Of a stretch of DNA of 64,000 nucleotides, positions 17,841 to 27,648 are shown piece after piece. Below the pieces are notes generated by a model. It was given only the letters and a program-made list of their open reading frames with translations. It did not search any database and was not told the DNA's origin. The translations under genes and the position numbers were made by a program. The first letter of the stretch is position 1, and each line of letters opens with the position of its first letter. This DNA is from an uncultured Spirochaetia bacterium (lineage in GTDB: Bacteria > Desulfobacterota_D > UBA1144 > Nemesobacterales > CSP1-2): positions 11,678 through 75,677 of the forward strand of contig CAZWVA010000003.1 in assembly GCA_964636885.1 (NCBI GenBank), in the 5' to 3' direction.

Positions 17841-19139
17841 ATGAGATACGATGTTCTTACCATTTTCCCACAGTTTTTTGAATCGCCTTTCTCCTTTGGA
17901 ATCCTCAAGAAGGCACAGGAAAGGGGATTAATAGAGATAAACACACACGATATAAGGGCCTTTGCAGAGGATAAACACAGAACCGTGGACGACAAACCCT
18001 ATGGTGGTGGGAGCGGAATGGTGATGAAACCAGGGCCACTTGGAAGAGCAATAGAATCTGTAAGAATCGAGGGGGCAAGATCCCTCGTTATACTCACCAC
18101 TCCTCAGGGAGAGGTTTTTTCGGATGGTATCGCAAGGGAGTTTTCCGAGTACGAACAACTCGTCATAATCTGCGGAAGGTACGAGGGCATAGACGAGAGG
18201 ATTAGAGAGATCTATGTGGATAGGGAGATCTCGATAGGGGATTACGTGCTCTCTGGCGGCGAATACGCCGCTTCTGTAATCATAGATGCGGTATCTAGGT
18301 TTATCCCCGGTGTACTCGGAAACGAGGAGTCCCCATACGACGATTCCTTTAAAGAGGGCCTCCTTGAGTATCCTCAATACACAAGACCAGAGGTCTACAG
18401 GGGAAAAGGGGTTCCTGAGGTCATACTCTCCGGAAATCACAGGGAGGTAGAGAGGTGGAGGAGAAGGGAGAGTATTAGAAGGACATTTTTACGAAGACCC
18501 GATTTGCTTGACAAGACGGTTCTTACGGCCGATGACCTAGGATTCATAGACGAGTTAAAAAAACAAAACCCCCCTTCTTTTAGGGCTTATGTTGCATTGG
18601 TTCATTATCCGGTTTACAATAAAAAATTTAAAGTCGTTACAACTGCCTTTGTAAACCTCGATGTTCATGACCTGGCAAGGGCGGCTAGAACTTACGGGAT
18701 AAAGGGGTTCTTTCTAGTGCAGCCGGTTATGGAGCAACAGGCGTTGGTAAAAAGGGTGCTTTGGCACTGGACGGAGGGGCCGGGTGCCTCTTTTAACCCG
18801 ACAAGGGCAGATGCGCTTAGGCTCGTTCGTATAAAGAACTCCCTCGACGAGGTTGTTAAAGAGATTGAAAGAGCGGAGGGGGTAAGACCCAAGGTGGTCG
18901 TAACCGATGCTAGACCCAGGGAGAATATGATAGGCTACTCGGAGCTTAGAGAAAGGGTATCGTCTGGAAAGGAACCCTACCTGATACTCTTTGGTACGGG
19001 GTGGGGGATAACCAGAGAGGTTATGGAGTGTGCCGATTATGTACTAAAGCCCATTCGAGGATTTACCGATTATAACCATCTTTCCGTAAGGAGTGCGGCG
19101 TCTATAATTCTAGATAGGTTGTTTTCGAGTAAAATATGA
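17841..19139 (+). CDS. trmD: tRNA (guanine37-N1)-methyltransferase TrmD fused to a C-terminal SpoU/TrmH-like SPOUT methyltransferase domain
   Basis: The N-terminal about 245 aa are canonical TrmD (MRYDVLTIFPQFF...GGGSGMVM...ICGRYEGIDER...). The C-terminal about 185 aa carry SpoU motifs (NLDVHDLARAARTYG...; GTGWGI...; NHLSVRSAASIILDRL). Confidence 0.85.
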   Translation: MRYDVLTIFPQFFESPFSFGILKKAQERGLIEINTHDIRAFAEDKHRTVDDKPYGGGSGMVMKPGPLGRAIESVRIEGARSLVILTTPQGEVFSDGIAREFSEYEQLVIICGRYEGIDERIREIYVDREISIGDYVLSGGEYAASVIIDAVSRFIPGVLGNEESPYDDSFKEGLLEYPQYTRPEVYRGKGVPEVILSGNHREVERWRRRESIRRTFLRRPDLLDKTVLTADDLGFIDELKKQNPPSFRAYVALVHYPVYNKKFKVVTTAFVNLDVHDLARAARTYGIKGFFLVQPVMEQQALVKRVLWHWTEGPGASFNPTRADALRLVRIKNSLDEVVKEIERAEGVRPKVVVTDARPRENMIGYSELRERVSSGKEPYLILFGTGWGITREVMECADYVLKPIRGFTDYNHLSVRSAASIILDRLFSSKI

Positions 19140-19154
19140 GAAAGGAGAAAAGAG

Positions 19155-19538
19155 ATGAATATCGTAGATGAGATCGAGAAGGAATCGATGAGGACGGACC
19201 TCCCCGAGTTTCGTCCTGGTGACACCGTTGCGGTTCACTACAGAATCAAAGAGGGAGACAGGGAAAGGATACAGGTTTTTGAAGGTGTCGTGATTGCAAA
19301 AAAAGGGGGAGGCATCAGAGAGACCTTCATAGTGAGGAAGGTTTCCTATGGAGTGGGGGTAGAAAGGATCTTCCCTCTCCATTCACCGCTTATACAAACG
19401 ATAGAGGTTAAAAAGCAGGGAAGGGTGAGAAGGGCAAAGCTCTACTACATAAGGGGACGTTCAAAGAAGGCCAGTAGGATAAAGGAAAGGGCAGGTTTCG
19501 ATAAGAAGGCAAAGGAACTAAACGAGTCCCATGAATAA
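19155..19538 (+). CDS. rplS: 50S ribosomal protein L19
   Basis: Canonical L19 sequence ([30 protein letters not shown]...). Confidence 0.95.
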   Translation: MNIVDEIEKESMRTDLPEFRPGDTVAVHYRIKEGDRERIQVFEGVVIAKKGGGIRETFIVRKVSYGVGVERIFPLHSPLIQTIEVKKQGRVRRAKLYYIRGRSKKASRIKERAGFDKKAKELNESHE

Positions 19539-19604
19539 AGCCGTTAAAACCGAGAGGGAATCGCTGAATTATTCCTTCATTTGGCTGTTACCGTTTAAGT
19601 GGAT

Positions 19605-20315
19605 TTAGGAGATGATTTTCCCTCCCGATTCCCTTTCCCTCAGCCTCTTCATCACGTGAACCATTCTGTGGATAGCCGTATATGTGGAGAATAAGAGGAT
19701 CACGAGGAGTGCGAATTTAACCGGATAATCCGCCGTCCCGAATCCAAGCCCGGAGGTTATGATGTTCCCCAAGAAGTTGAATATGGAAAGCACACCGAGG
19801 TATACTACCCTCTCCGTTCTCTGCATTATCCCCACTTCGCAGTCAACTCCCAAACCCTCTGCCCTTGCCCTCGTATAACTCACCATCATAGTTGAGCTGA
19901 GTATGAGGAATACGACGTAAGAGAACAGGCTTTCATGAAAGTAACTGAGAAGCCCGAGGTAGATAAACGCCTCGGAAAACCTGTCAAGACAGGAATCGAA
20001 AAACGCCCCGTGTTGACTGCTTAATCCCTGCGCCCTTGCTACACGTCCATCGAATATATCGAATGTCGACCCGGCAAGGAGAAGGATACCCGCGAGGAAA
20101 ATCCATCCCATATGGAATAGGAATCCCGTTATAATGGAGACTATCAGTGTCGTAATAGTGAGGATATTAGGATGGATCCTCTGTTCTATCAGATAGTCCT
20201 CTATCGGGCGTATCATAACCAACCACCACGTTTTGATCCCTACCCCTAAAAGCTTTGACGAAGGCGGCTCTTTCCTCCCCTTGGCCCTATCTACTACTTC
20301 CTCAGGAACGGACAT
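19605..20315 (-). CDS. CDP-alcohol phosphatidyltransferase family protein
   Basis: The D-x2-D-G-x2-A-R...G...D-x3-D motif (FDIFDGRVARAQG...FFDSCLDRFSEA) is present, with about 6 TM helices. Confidence 0.8.
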   Translation of the reverse strand: MSVPEEVVDRAKGRKEPPSSKLLGVGIKTWWLVMIRPIEDYLIEQRIHPNILTITTLIVSIITGFLFHMGWIFLAGILLLAGSTFDIFDGRVARAQGLSSQHGAFFDSCLDRFSEAFIYLGLLSYFHESLFSYVVFLILSSTMMVSYTRARAEGLGVDCEVGIMQRTERVVYLGVLSIFNFLGNIITSGLGFGTADYPVKFALLVILLFSTYTAIHRMVHVMKRLRERESGGKIIS

Positions 20316-20556
20316 GTAAGGCTCCTCGCTATGCGTTTATTACGAACCCACTTAAATCACGAAAGTAACCGTAGAAGACCCATCTGATTTATAGGTAATG
20401 GATACTTCCCCAATCACCAAATTCAACCACAGTCCCAAGATCGGTATAACTCGCTTTTATAGTGACTTGTACGTTTAGACATAATTTTAGCCGTAAAAAT
20501 GGGAAATTTAAATATCGAGGCGTACTGAAAAACCGCTTGTGTCTATACGTGCCCTT

Positions 20557-21888
20557 TCAATCATTCGGAGTGATGAGAAACGACTGTATTCCCCTTTCCC
20601 GTTTCCTTAGATCGTGTCCAAAGAGCCTAGCTTCCCCTATCGTCCGAAAGGCTCCGATCCTTACCCGGTGCCAGGTTCCCATTCTCGGAATCTCGGCCCG
20701 TTTTACAAAGGCCGGATACCCCCTTGATTTCAGCCCCTCCGCAAGATCCCTGGCATCGCTTTCACTCTTAAAAGAGGCCACTTGAACTGTATAGATTCCA
20801 TACGCCTCAACCGTAGTTGCAGGCGCCGTATCTGTTGGTGCGTTTTCTTCATTCTCGGCCTTCACATCTATTGGTTCCTTTTGAGTGGGTGAAGATGGGG
20901 CCTCGATTTTTAGGGACTTTGGTTCCGTCTTCTCCTCTTGATTCTTGAAGACGTTAGGGGTTTGGGTGGGCAGCGGTTCTTTCTCTTCCGTTTCGGTAGG
21001 GGTCGGTATCTGTATGTATTTGGAGACCAGGGAGAAATTCATCTGACTGGCTTCTACCCTCCTCCTATGAGAGGGGGCTGGGATCTGTTCTTCTGTCTTA
21101 ACCTCTTCTTGCTCTGGCGGAGTGGGCGTTTTCTTGACGGGGGTTTTTTCGTCGGCCTTTGTCTTTATCGTCTTCTCTTTAGGGATTGAATCGATCTTTA
21201 TGACTCTGAGATTCTTAAACCCCCGCCTTAATACCGACTTTCCCTCCCTAAGCTCCATCTGTGTTTGTCCTATAACCTCTCTCGGACTCTTAAATACGAG
21301 CCTTCTTGGCGACTCGGCAATCAGGTTTACCTCCTTACCCCCTATCTTTAGATTCGTGGTATCGAAGTCTCCATCGAATGGTCCCTTAATCTGAGCCGCT
21401 TCACCAGCCTGCCCTATAATCGGAAACTCGTACTCAAATGCGTTAGGATTGGGGACTTGCTCCATGGATGTTGGTGCAGTCCGGACGGGAACAGCGGCTC
21501 TTACGAGTTCATTCCCTTTATCATCCCTTAGAACGATATAGGTCACCCCACCTGTTATTCCGGGTGGAATAGTCCATTTAACGTTTCTCCCGGAGGTTGG
21601 CCTTTTCTCTCTTTCCAGCTCAAGGGAGTACTCACTTAGCTCTTTCTCATTCCTCCTCTTTTCGTCTTCGGTCTTACCCTCCGGCTCTAAGACCACGGTG
21701 GCCGAGATCCTGTCTCCTGAGGCGAGACCATCAGGTATATAGACCTTGACGTCTCCCTTCTCGGTCTCCAGTATGGCGATATAGAGCCCTGAGGCGGCAT
21801 CGATTTTAACCTCCTGGCCAAGGGTATAAAAGGGAAATAGGACAGCCAATATAAAAGGAACCGCTAAACCCCGACTTGCGAGTTTCAT
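20557..21888 (-). CDS. Secreted SPOR-domain (peptidoglycan-binding) protein with a long Pro/Thr/Glu/Lys-rich linker
   Basis: Signal peptide plus a C-terminal SPOR domain (YTVQVASFKSESDARDLAEGLKSRGYPAFV...WHRVRIGAF). Confidence 0.75.
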   Translation of the reverse strand: MKLASRGLAVPFILAVLFPFYTLGQEVKIDAASGLYIAILETEKGDVKVYIPDGLASGDRISATVVLEPEGKTEDEKRRNEKELSEYSLELEREKRPTSGRNVKWTIPPGITGGVTYIVLRDDKGNELVRAAVPVRTAPTSMEQVPNPNAFEYEFPIIGQAGEAAQIKGPFDGDFDTTNLKIGGKEVNLIAESPRRLVFKSPREVIGQTQMELREGKSVLRRGFKNLRVIKIDSIPKEKTIKTKADEKTPVKKTPTPPEQEEVKTEEQIPAPSHRRRVEASQMNFSLVSKYIQIPTPTETEEKEPLPTQTPNVFKNQEEKTEPKSLKIEAPSSPTQKEPIDVKAENEENAPTDTAPATTVEAYGIYTVQVASFKSESDARDLAEGLKSRGYPAFVKRAEIPRMGTWHRVRIGAFRTIGEARLFGHDLRKRERGIQSFLITPND

Positions 21889-21913
21889 GTAGACTTCTGC
21901 TATTCTCTACCTT

Positions 21914-22675
21914 TCAATCGTTTACCGTTATGAATACCAGTTTTACGACGTCTGGCTCCCGGTTCTTTAGGTTATCCCCGTATGTTTTTGCGTCCTGCCT
22001 GGTCTTAAACGTCCCTACGCGTGCCCTATACCAGGTTCCTTGCCCCGGTATATCCACCCGTCTTATAAAAACCGGATACCCTCTTGATATAAGGGGTTCT
22101 ACGAGTCTTTTGGCCTTCTCCTCGTCTTGAAAGGCCCCTATCTGAACCGTGTATTTCCCCCCGGGCTGGATTGCGGGCAGGACCGCTATACGCTTATTTG
22201 CCGTCTCCCCTTTCTCGCCTTCGGCCTTCGCCGCCCCTTCATTTTCATTGTAAGGCGGAGTGGGAGTCGGTGTCTTCTCAACCTCCGCTACCTCCGGTTC
22301 TGTTTTCTTCTCCGACTGTACTCCGGTTGGAAGCGGTGTATTCTCGGCTATCTCTCCATTTGTGGTGGGGGTTTCTGAGGTCACGGGTTTTTCAATACCC
22401 ATTTCCGTTTCGGATTCCGCTTCTCCTCTAACGGGGGCAGGGATTTTTTCGACTATCCCTTCTCCCTCCTCGTTTACCAGCGGGCTCTTCTCTAGCTCGG
22501 CGACCCTCTGGCTCGGAGGCTCTATATAGCCCTTTTCCCTAACCGTCTCCATCCTTTCATGATTCCCGAGTTCCCTCCCCACGATTACACCAAGGCTAAA
22601 AGAAAGAACGAATAGAATCAGGAATCCCAAAAACAGGTAAAGCGTCTTACGGGTATCCGGTCTTCTATTACCCAT
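21914..22675 (-). CDS. Membrane-anchored SPOR-domain protein (DedD/FtsN-like), a paralog of the downstream gene
   Basis: N-terminal TM helix, a Pro/Thr/Glu linker and a C-terminal SPOR domain (YTVQIGAFQDEEKAKRLVEPLISRGYPVFI...WYRARVGTF). Confidence 0.75.
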   Translation of the reverse strand: MGNRRPDTRKTLYLFLGFLILFVLSFSLGVIVGRELGNHERMETVREKGYIEPPSQRVAELEKSPLVNEEGEGIVEKIPAPVRGEAESETEMGIEKPVTSETPTTNGEIAENTPLPTGVQSEKKTEPEVAEVEKTPTPTPPYNENEGAAKAEGEKGETANKRIAVLPAIQPGGKYTVQIGAFQDEEKAKRLVEPLISRGYPVFIRRVDIPGQGTWYRARVGTFKTRQDAKTYGDNLKNREPDVVKLVFITVND

Positions 22676-22678
22676 GAA

Positions 22679-24364
22679 TCACATCCTTTCCGGTGCGGAG
22701 ACACCGAGTAGCCTGAGTCCGTTTTTTATAACCGTCTTAACACAACCGACGAGGTATAACCTGGCACTGGTTAACCTAGCATCGTCACCTATGATTCTAT
22801 TCCTATTATAATAGATGTGAAATTGAGATGCCATCTCCTGAAGATAGAAGGCTATCTTGTGGGGTGAAAGGGATAGAGCGCTTTCAACTACCGTATCGGG
22901 AAAGAGGAGAAGCTTTTTTATGATTTCTATCTCTTCGGGAAGGGTAAGCAGGTTTAAGAACCCCTTTGAAGGAGACAGTCCCTTCTCTCCTGCCTTTTCA
23001 AACACGCTCCCGATTCTTGCGTGTGCGTACTGGATGTAGTAGACCGGATTTTCACTCGACTCCTTCTTTGCCAGATCGAGGTCGAAGTCCAGATGGGCGT
23101 CTGAGCTTCGCATAAGGAGGAAAAAACGCATCACGTCTGGTCCCACTTCTCTTATAACCTCTCGCATCGTGACGTAGCTTCCCGCACGCTTTGACATAGA
23201 GACCTCCTGTCCTTCTCTCACTAGCCTTACGAATTGGATTAGAACCACCCGAAGGCAGGAGTCGTCAAAACCCAGTGCCCTTAGGGCCGCTTTTAAACGT
23301 GCAACGTGGCTAAAGTGGTCTGCCCCCCATACGTTTATGAGCCTTTTAAATCCCCTCTCGATTTTATCGTAGTGGTAGGCGATGTCGGAGAGGAAGTATG
23401 TAGGGCTACCGTCTCTCTTTACAAGAACCCAGTCCTGTGAATCTCCGAAATGGGAGGCCTTAAACCAGAGGGCGCCCTCCCTTTCCTCCAGGGCTCCGCG
23501 CTCTCTCAATCTGTCTTTTACAATACCGAGTTTGTTTTTACCACCCGGCTCCAGTGGATGCCCGTGAAGCTCTTCTTTCTCGCTGTACCAGTTATCGAAA
23601 CCCACTCCGAGTGCAGCTAGGTCCCTCCTTATCTCTTCTAGGAGCCTGTTCTTTGCGTATTCCCTGCAGTAATCTATGGATTCCTGCTCCTGGTTTTCTT
23701 CTACGATGAGGTCTCTTCCCCTTTTGTCTCTGATCTCAGAGGCGATTTCCCTTATATAATCCCCGTAGTAGCCGTCTTCTGGCATACCCCTCTCTATTCC
23801 GAAGAGCCCCTGGTATCTTCTATAGACGGATAGCCCAAGGAGATCCATCTGTCTTCCAGCATCATTTATATAGAACTCCCTCGTAACATGAAAGCCAGAC
23901 GCCTCCAGGATATTTGAAATCGTATCTCCGACGACGGCGTTTCTTGCGTGTCCCATATGGAGGTATCCCGTAGGGTTTGCACTCACGAATTCTACTATCA
24001 CACTTTCTCCCCTTCCTAGGTCGGATTTCCCAAAGTTTTCTCCTAGTTCTTCGATCTCCGTGAGCCTGTTTATTATTGCGACTTCCCTTATGAAGAAGTT
24101 TATGAATCCGGCTCCTGCAACCTCGACCCTCTCGAATATATCCGTTCCCTCTTCGGGCAGATTCTGAACGATGAGTTCAGCGACCTCCCTTGGCTTCTTC
24201 CCAAGCCTTTTAGAGAGGATGAGAGCGATATTCGTCGAGAAATCCCCAAACTCCCTCTTCCTGGGGGTTTCGATCTCTATCTCTACTGGAAGATCCACGG
24301 AACCACCCGCTCTTCTAATGGTCTCTATAGACCCGCTTATCAGTCTTTTAATATCCTCTTTCAT
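22679..24364 (-). CDS. argS: Arginine--tRNA ligase
   Basis: Class I HIGH motif (PTGYLHMGHARN), the ArgS anticodon-binding C-terminus and a length typical of ArgS. Confidence 0.95.
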   Translation of the reverse strand: MKEDIKRLISGSIETIRRAGGSVDLPVEIEIETPRKREFGDFSTNIALILSKRLGKKPREVAELIVQNLPEEGTDIFERVEVAGAGFINFFIREVAIINRLTEIEELGENFGKSDLGRGESVIVEFVSANPTGYLHMGHARNAVVGDTISNILEASGFHVTREFYINDAGRQMDLLGLSVYRRYQGLFGIERGMPEDGYYGDYIREIASEIRDKRGRDLIVEENQEQESIDYCREYAKNRLLEEIRRDLAALGVGFDNWYSEKEELHGHPLEPGGKNKLGIVKDRLRERGALEEREGALWFKASHFGDSQDWVLVKRDGSPTYFLSDIAYHYDKIERGFKRLINVWGADHFSHVARLKAALRALGFDDSCLRVVLIQFVRLVREGQEVSMSKRAGSYVTMREVIREVGPDVMRFFLLMRSSDAHLDFDLDLAKKESSENPVYYIQYAHARIGSVFEKAGEKGLSPSKGFLNLLTLPEEIEIIKKLLLFPDTVVESALSLSPHKIAFYLQEMASQFHIYYNRNRIIGDDARLTSARLYLVGCVKTVIKNGLRLLGVSAPERM

Positions 24365-24431
24365 TTCAGCTTAAAAATTACACAATAAGCTTAGGAGTTA
24401 CAACAAACACGGAGAGGGATTAAGGGTTATA

Positions 24432-25055
24432 TTATCCCTGCGTAACCAGTTCGCGAGATAGATGCGTTACGTCGTTTATGACGTCCACTATAAAACGCCC
24501 GTTTCTAAAGAGTACGAGGTTCTTTGACGCGGCTTGAAGCTTAAACCTTGGGAATTCATTAAGGCCGACGTCAGTAAACTTGCAGAGAAGCGTTATAATG
24601 GTGAGGTTATGGCTCACCGTGACGACTGTCTCTTCCGGGTGTCTATACCTTATCCTTTCTATAACCCTCCAGGCCCTATCTTGAACCTCTTTTAGGGATT
24701 CTCCTCCAGGGAGCCTGACCGATTCTGCGTTTTCCTTCCATTCCCTTAGGAGGTCGGCGTATCTCTCCCTTATCTCGACGAATGTGAGCCCTTCAAAATC
24801 GCCCTGATACATCTCCCTAAGGCCCGGCTCGATTTGGACGGGAAGGTTATGGTACTTTGCTATCGCCTTTGCCGTATCGGACGCCCTTTTTAAGTCGCTT
24901 GAGTAGATGGCGGAGATCCTCTCGTTCCTGAGGGATAGAGCCAGTTCCACTATCTGTCTCCTTCCGTTTTCGTTTAATTCAACATCTGAGAACCCCTGGC
25001 ATCTACCCTCTCGATTCCATTCGGTTTCTCCGTGACGGACAAGTATGAGATTCAC
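24432..25055 (-). CDS. Histidine phosphatase family protein (phosphoglycerate mutase / alpha-ribazole phosphatase-like)
   Basis: The LVRHGETEWN RHG motif at the N-terminus. Confidence 0.8.
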   Translation of the reverse strand: MNLILVRHGETEWNREGRCQGFSDVELNENGRRQIVELALSLRNERISAIYSSDLKRASDTAKAIAKYHNLPVQIEPGLREMYQGDFEGLTFVEIRERYADLLREWKENAESVRLPGGESLKEVQDRAWRVIERIRYRHPEETVVTVSHNLTIITLLCKFTDVGLNEFPRFKLQAASKNLVLFRNGRFIVDVINDVTHLSRELVTQG

Positions 25056-25144
25056 GGGTTTGCCTCCTTGATCTCGGTATTGTAGTAGAGAAGCAACCGA
25101 GGAGTCTGGTCGAGTTTGAAATATGAACCTCTTCCGATTTCATA

Positions 25145-26164
25145 TTAAGGGGAAAACGTAACCTCCACGCCTTCGGTCTTTGCCATTTCTAGGAGCTCAG
25201 GCGGGGGAGGGGTTAGGGGAGCCGCCTTGTAAATAGCCTTAACGCAGAAATCATCAAAGGCGGGGTTTCCCGACGGTTCCTCCACCCTGACATCATAGAC
25301 CTTCCCACTTTCGTCTATCCTAAAAACCACAACCGTCTTAAGGTCCGCATCTGTGTTTATGGTCTGAGGGATCTTCCACTTGCTCTTTATCTCCTCACGT
25401 ATCCTCTGTATAAAGAGACTTGTGACCATCCCGCTTGAGGCCCCGCTTCCCGATCGTCCGATCTGACCTCTATTCTGCTGTGTTCCCGCTTCCCCGTATG
25501 AATCGGATTCGGCAACCCGCTTCTCTTCCTCGACGCTTTTCTCTATGTCCTCAATAACGCTCCTCCTCCTCTTATCCGCCACGCTTTTTTCCATATCCTC
25601 AAGTACGCTTCGTCTTATATCCTCAAAGCTGGCTTCCTTTTTCTTCTGGGTCTCTTTCTGTGAGGCGGTCTTGGGGGATTCTGTTGGCTTTGGTTTTTCG
25701 AAGACCCTCTTTTCCTTCTGTTTTTCCTTTGAATCGAGTACCACTACGTTCTTTTTGGGTTCTTCCTTTATTTTTGGAGGCTCCTCCTTCTTGATTTCCT
25801 TTGGCGGTTCCTTCCTTTCCGGTTTAGAGACCTCTGTCTTTTCCTCCTTGGGTTTCTCCTCCTTTACTACCTTTGGCGGTTCTTCCTTTTTCACTTCGGT
25901 TTTTTGCGGCTCTTCCCTCTTGGACCCGGAAGGGGGTTCCTTCTTCTCCATTTGGGATGGTCTTACTTCGCTTCCGCCCGAGCCTTCCAGTTCTGAGATG
26001 GACACCAACCTTCCTTCTATCGACTGTGGTTCTCCTGAGTACTTGGGTGTTCCAAGCCCCCAGAAAAGGGCCAGGATCAATATGGCTCCGTGGAGGGAAA
26101 GAGAAAGGACTATTCCCCAAAACCAATAAGACTTCCCTGAGCTTTCGAGCCTTGAAGAACCCAT
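25145..26164 (-). CDS. tonB: TonB-family energy transducer (TolA-like)
   Basis: N-terminal TM anchor, a Pro/Glu/Lys-rich repeat region (KEEPPK repeats) and a TonB-type C-terminal domain. It lies immediately downstream of exbB-exbD. Confidence 0.7.
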   Translation of the reverse strand: MGSSRLESSGKSYWFWGIVLSLSLHGAILILALFWGLGTPKYSGEPQSIEGRLVSISELEGSGGSEVRPSQMEKKEPPSGSKREEPQKTEVKKEEPPKVVKEEKPKEEKTEVSKPERKEPPKEIKKEEPPKIKEEPKKNVVVLDSKEKQKEKRVFEKPKPTESPKTASQKETQKKKEASFEDIRRSVLEDMEKSVADKRRRSVIEDIEKSVEEEKRVAESDSYGEAGTQQNRGQIGRSGSGASSGMVTSLFIQRIREEIKSKWKIPQTINTDADLKTVVVFRIDESGKVYDVRVEEPSGNPAFDDFCVKAIYKAAPLTPPPPELLEMAKTEGVEVTFSP

Positions 26165-26166
26165 CT

Positions 26167-26616
26167 CTACTTTAAAGAACCGTTCGTCGACGGGGGTTCC
26201 GTGACGAGACCCAGCTTATTCACCCCTGCCTTTTTTATCTCTGCCATAACCTCCATCACGGTGCCATAGGGGACATTGGAGTCGGCCCTAAGAAATACGT
26301 CTTCCTCTTCTACGTTCTTCCCATGGCTCCTCATAAGTGTGCGGATCTCCCCTTTGAGTTCCGAAAGGAGGTACTTTTTCTTTTCTATAAATATCTCCCC
26401 TTTTTCGTTTAACGTTATAACGATCTTTTTTTCCCTCTCGGCCGCAGGCATGGGTTTCGATTCTATCTTCGGTAGATTGACGTCAACCCCCTGATATAGG
26501 ATCGGGGCAGTAACCATAAAGATAACGAGAAGCACGAGCATAACGTCAACAAGAGGTGTGACGTTTATCTCCGAAAGTACGGTACGCCCTTCATTGTTAT
26601 TGCCCTTCATGCCCAT
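26167..26616 (-). CDS. exbD: Biopolymer transport protein ExbD/TolR
   Basis: A single TM helix with the EINVTPLVDVMLVLLVIFMV motif typical of ExbD/TolR. Confidence 0.85.
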   Translation of the reverse strand: MGMKGNNNEGRTVLSEINVTPLVDVMLVLLVIFMVTAPILYQGVDVNLPKIESKPMPAAEREKKIVITLNEKGEIFIEKKKYLLSELKGEIRTLMRSHGKNVEEEDVFLRADSNVPYGTVMEVMAEIKKAGVNKLGLVTEPPSTNGSLK

Positions 26617-26628
26617 GTTAGACCTCTA

Positions 26629-27393
26629 CTACATCTTTGCAATGTATCTCTCTACTATGTTTAGAAACTCGGCGGAGAAATTCTCCATCTCCACGGCTAT
26701 CCTTTTTACCCTGTTTACGAAGTAGTTATATGCGACAACCGCTGGAATCGCCGCTGCAAGCCCAACGGCTGTAGCGATTAGGGCCTCGGCGATTCCAGGA
26801 GCGACAGCCTGGAGCGTGGGTACTCCCTGACGGCTTGCGAGTCCGATAAAGGACGTCATTATTCCCCAGACCGTGCCAAAGAGGCCGATAAATGGAGCAG
26901 TGCTTCCCGTTGTAGCGAGGAAGATGAGAGAACTCTCAAGCCTAGATATCTCTGAGGACATCGCCTTTTTCATGGCCCTTTCCACAAGCTCTACGACACC
27001 GAGTTCGGCGGGAACCATCTCTGGATTGGCCTTGACCTCAGGGTTTTGGGTTACCCCACCCGTTCTTGGCTTCCTGATCTTTAGGAGCTCTCCGTATCCA
27101 GCTCTAAAAAGCTCTGCTATAGGTCCCCTCAAATGCCTCGTTGACGAGAACAGGTTACCAAAGTTGCCACTGACCTGATAGGAGTCCAAGAACCTCTCAG
27201 ACTCCCTTGCTGCCCTTCTGAGGATGAAGAGCTTGGAGAATATGATCATCCATGAGATTACGGACATGAGGATGAGGAGAAAAAGGACGGCTTTAACCAC
27301 CGGCCCTGCCGTCGTGATAAGGTTGATCACCTTAATCTGCTCTACCTGTGGAGCTTCGGCAACCTGTAAGACAAAATATATCCAGTTTATCAT
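26629..27393 (-). CDS. exbB: MotA/TolQ/ExbB proton-channel family protein
   Basis: Three TM helices and the conserved C-terminal TM2-TM3 region (GLFGTVWGI...AEALIATAVGL). Confidence 0.85.
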   Translation of the reverse strand: MINWIYFVLQVAEAPQVEQIKVINLITTAGPVVKAVLFLLILMSVISWMIIFSKLFILRRAARESERFLDSYQVSGNFGNLFSSTRHLRGPIAELFRAGYGELLKIRKPRTGGVTQNPEVKANPEMVPAELGVVELVERAMKKAMSSEISRLESSLIFLATTGSTAPFIGLFGTVWGIMTSFIGLASRQGVPTLQAVAPGIAEALIATAVGLAAAIPAVVAYNYFVNRVKRIAVEMENFSAEFLNIVERYIAKM

Positions 27394-27648
27394 TTTCGTT
27401 TAACCTTTCTGATTTATGGAATTGGGATAAATCAAATTGAGATCGGCGGTCTTAAACCAATCGAACCTTTCATTAAACATAAATTCTTCCATATATGGAA
27501 CCCAAAATCAAATACCTCCTTGAAGAGTAGAGAATAGAGAGGCCATTATAGAACCCTTCTACACGATAACCCTGAGTGTTTAAAGGGGTCTTATTGCCTC
27601 TTATTCAAGACCCACGGTATTATACGGTGAAAAACAGGGAGGTGCTGG

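Noticed and set aside
21876-22529. Plus-strand ORFs (83-89 aa) inside the SPOR-protein genes
   Set aside because: They are antisense shadows of Pro/Thr/Glu-rich linker-coding sequence.
25545-26175. 194-aa and 100-aa plus-strand ORFs overlapping tonB, and a 100-aa minus-frame ORF
   Set aside because: Their Ser/Phe/Leu-rich low-complexity translations are produced by reading the complement of the Lys/Glu/Pro repeat region of TonB. They are spurious.
25145-27393. Alternative reading of exbB-exbD-tonB as tolQ-tolR-tolA
   Set aside because: No tolB or pal follows, and the third gene has a Pro-rich (KEEPPK) spacer typical of TonB and not the Ala/Lys/Glu helical domain of TolA. TonB is favoured, though not proven.
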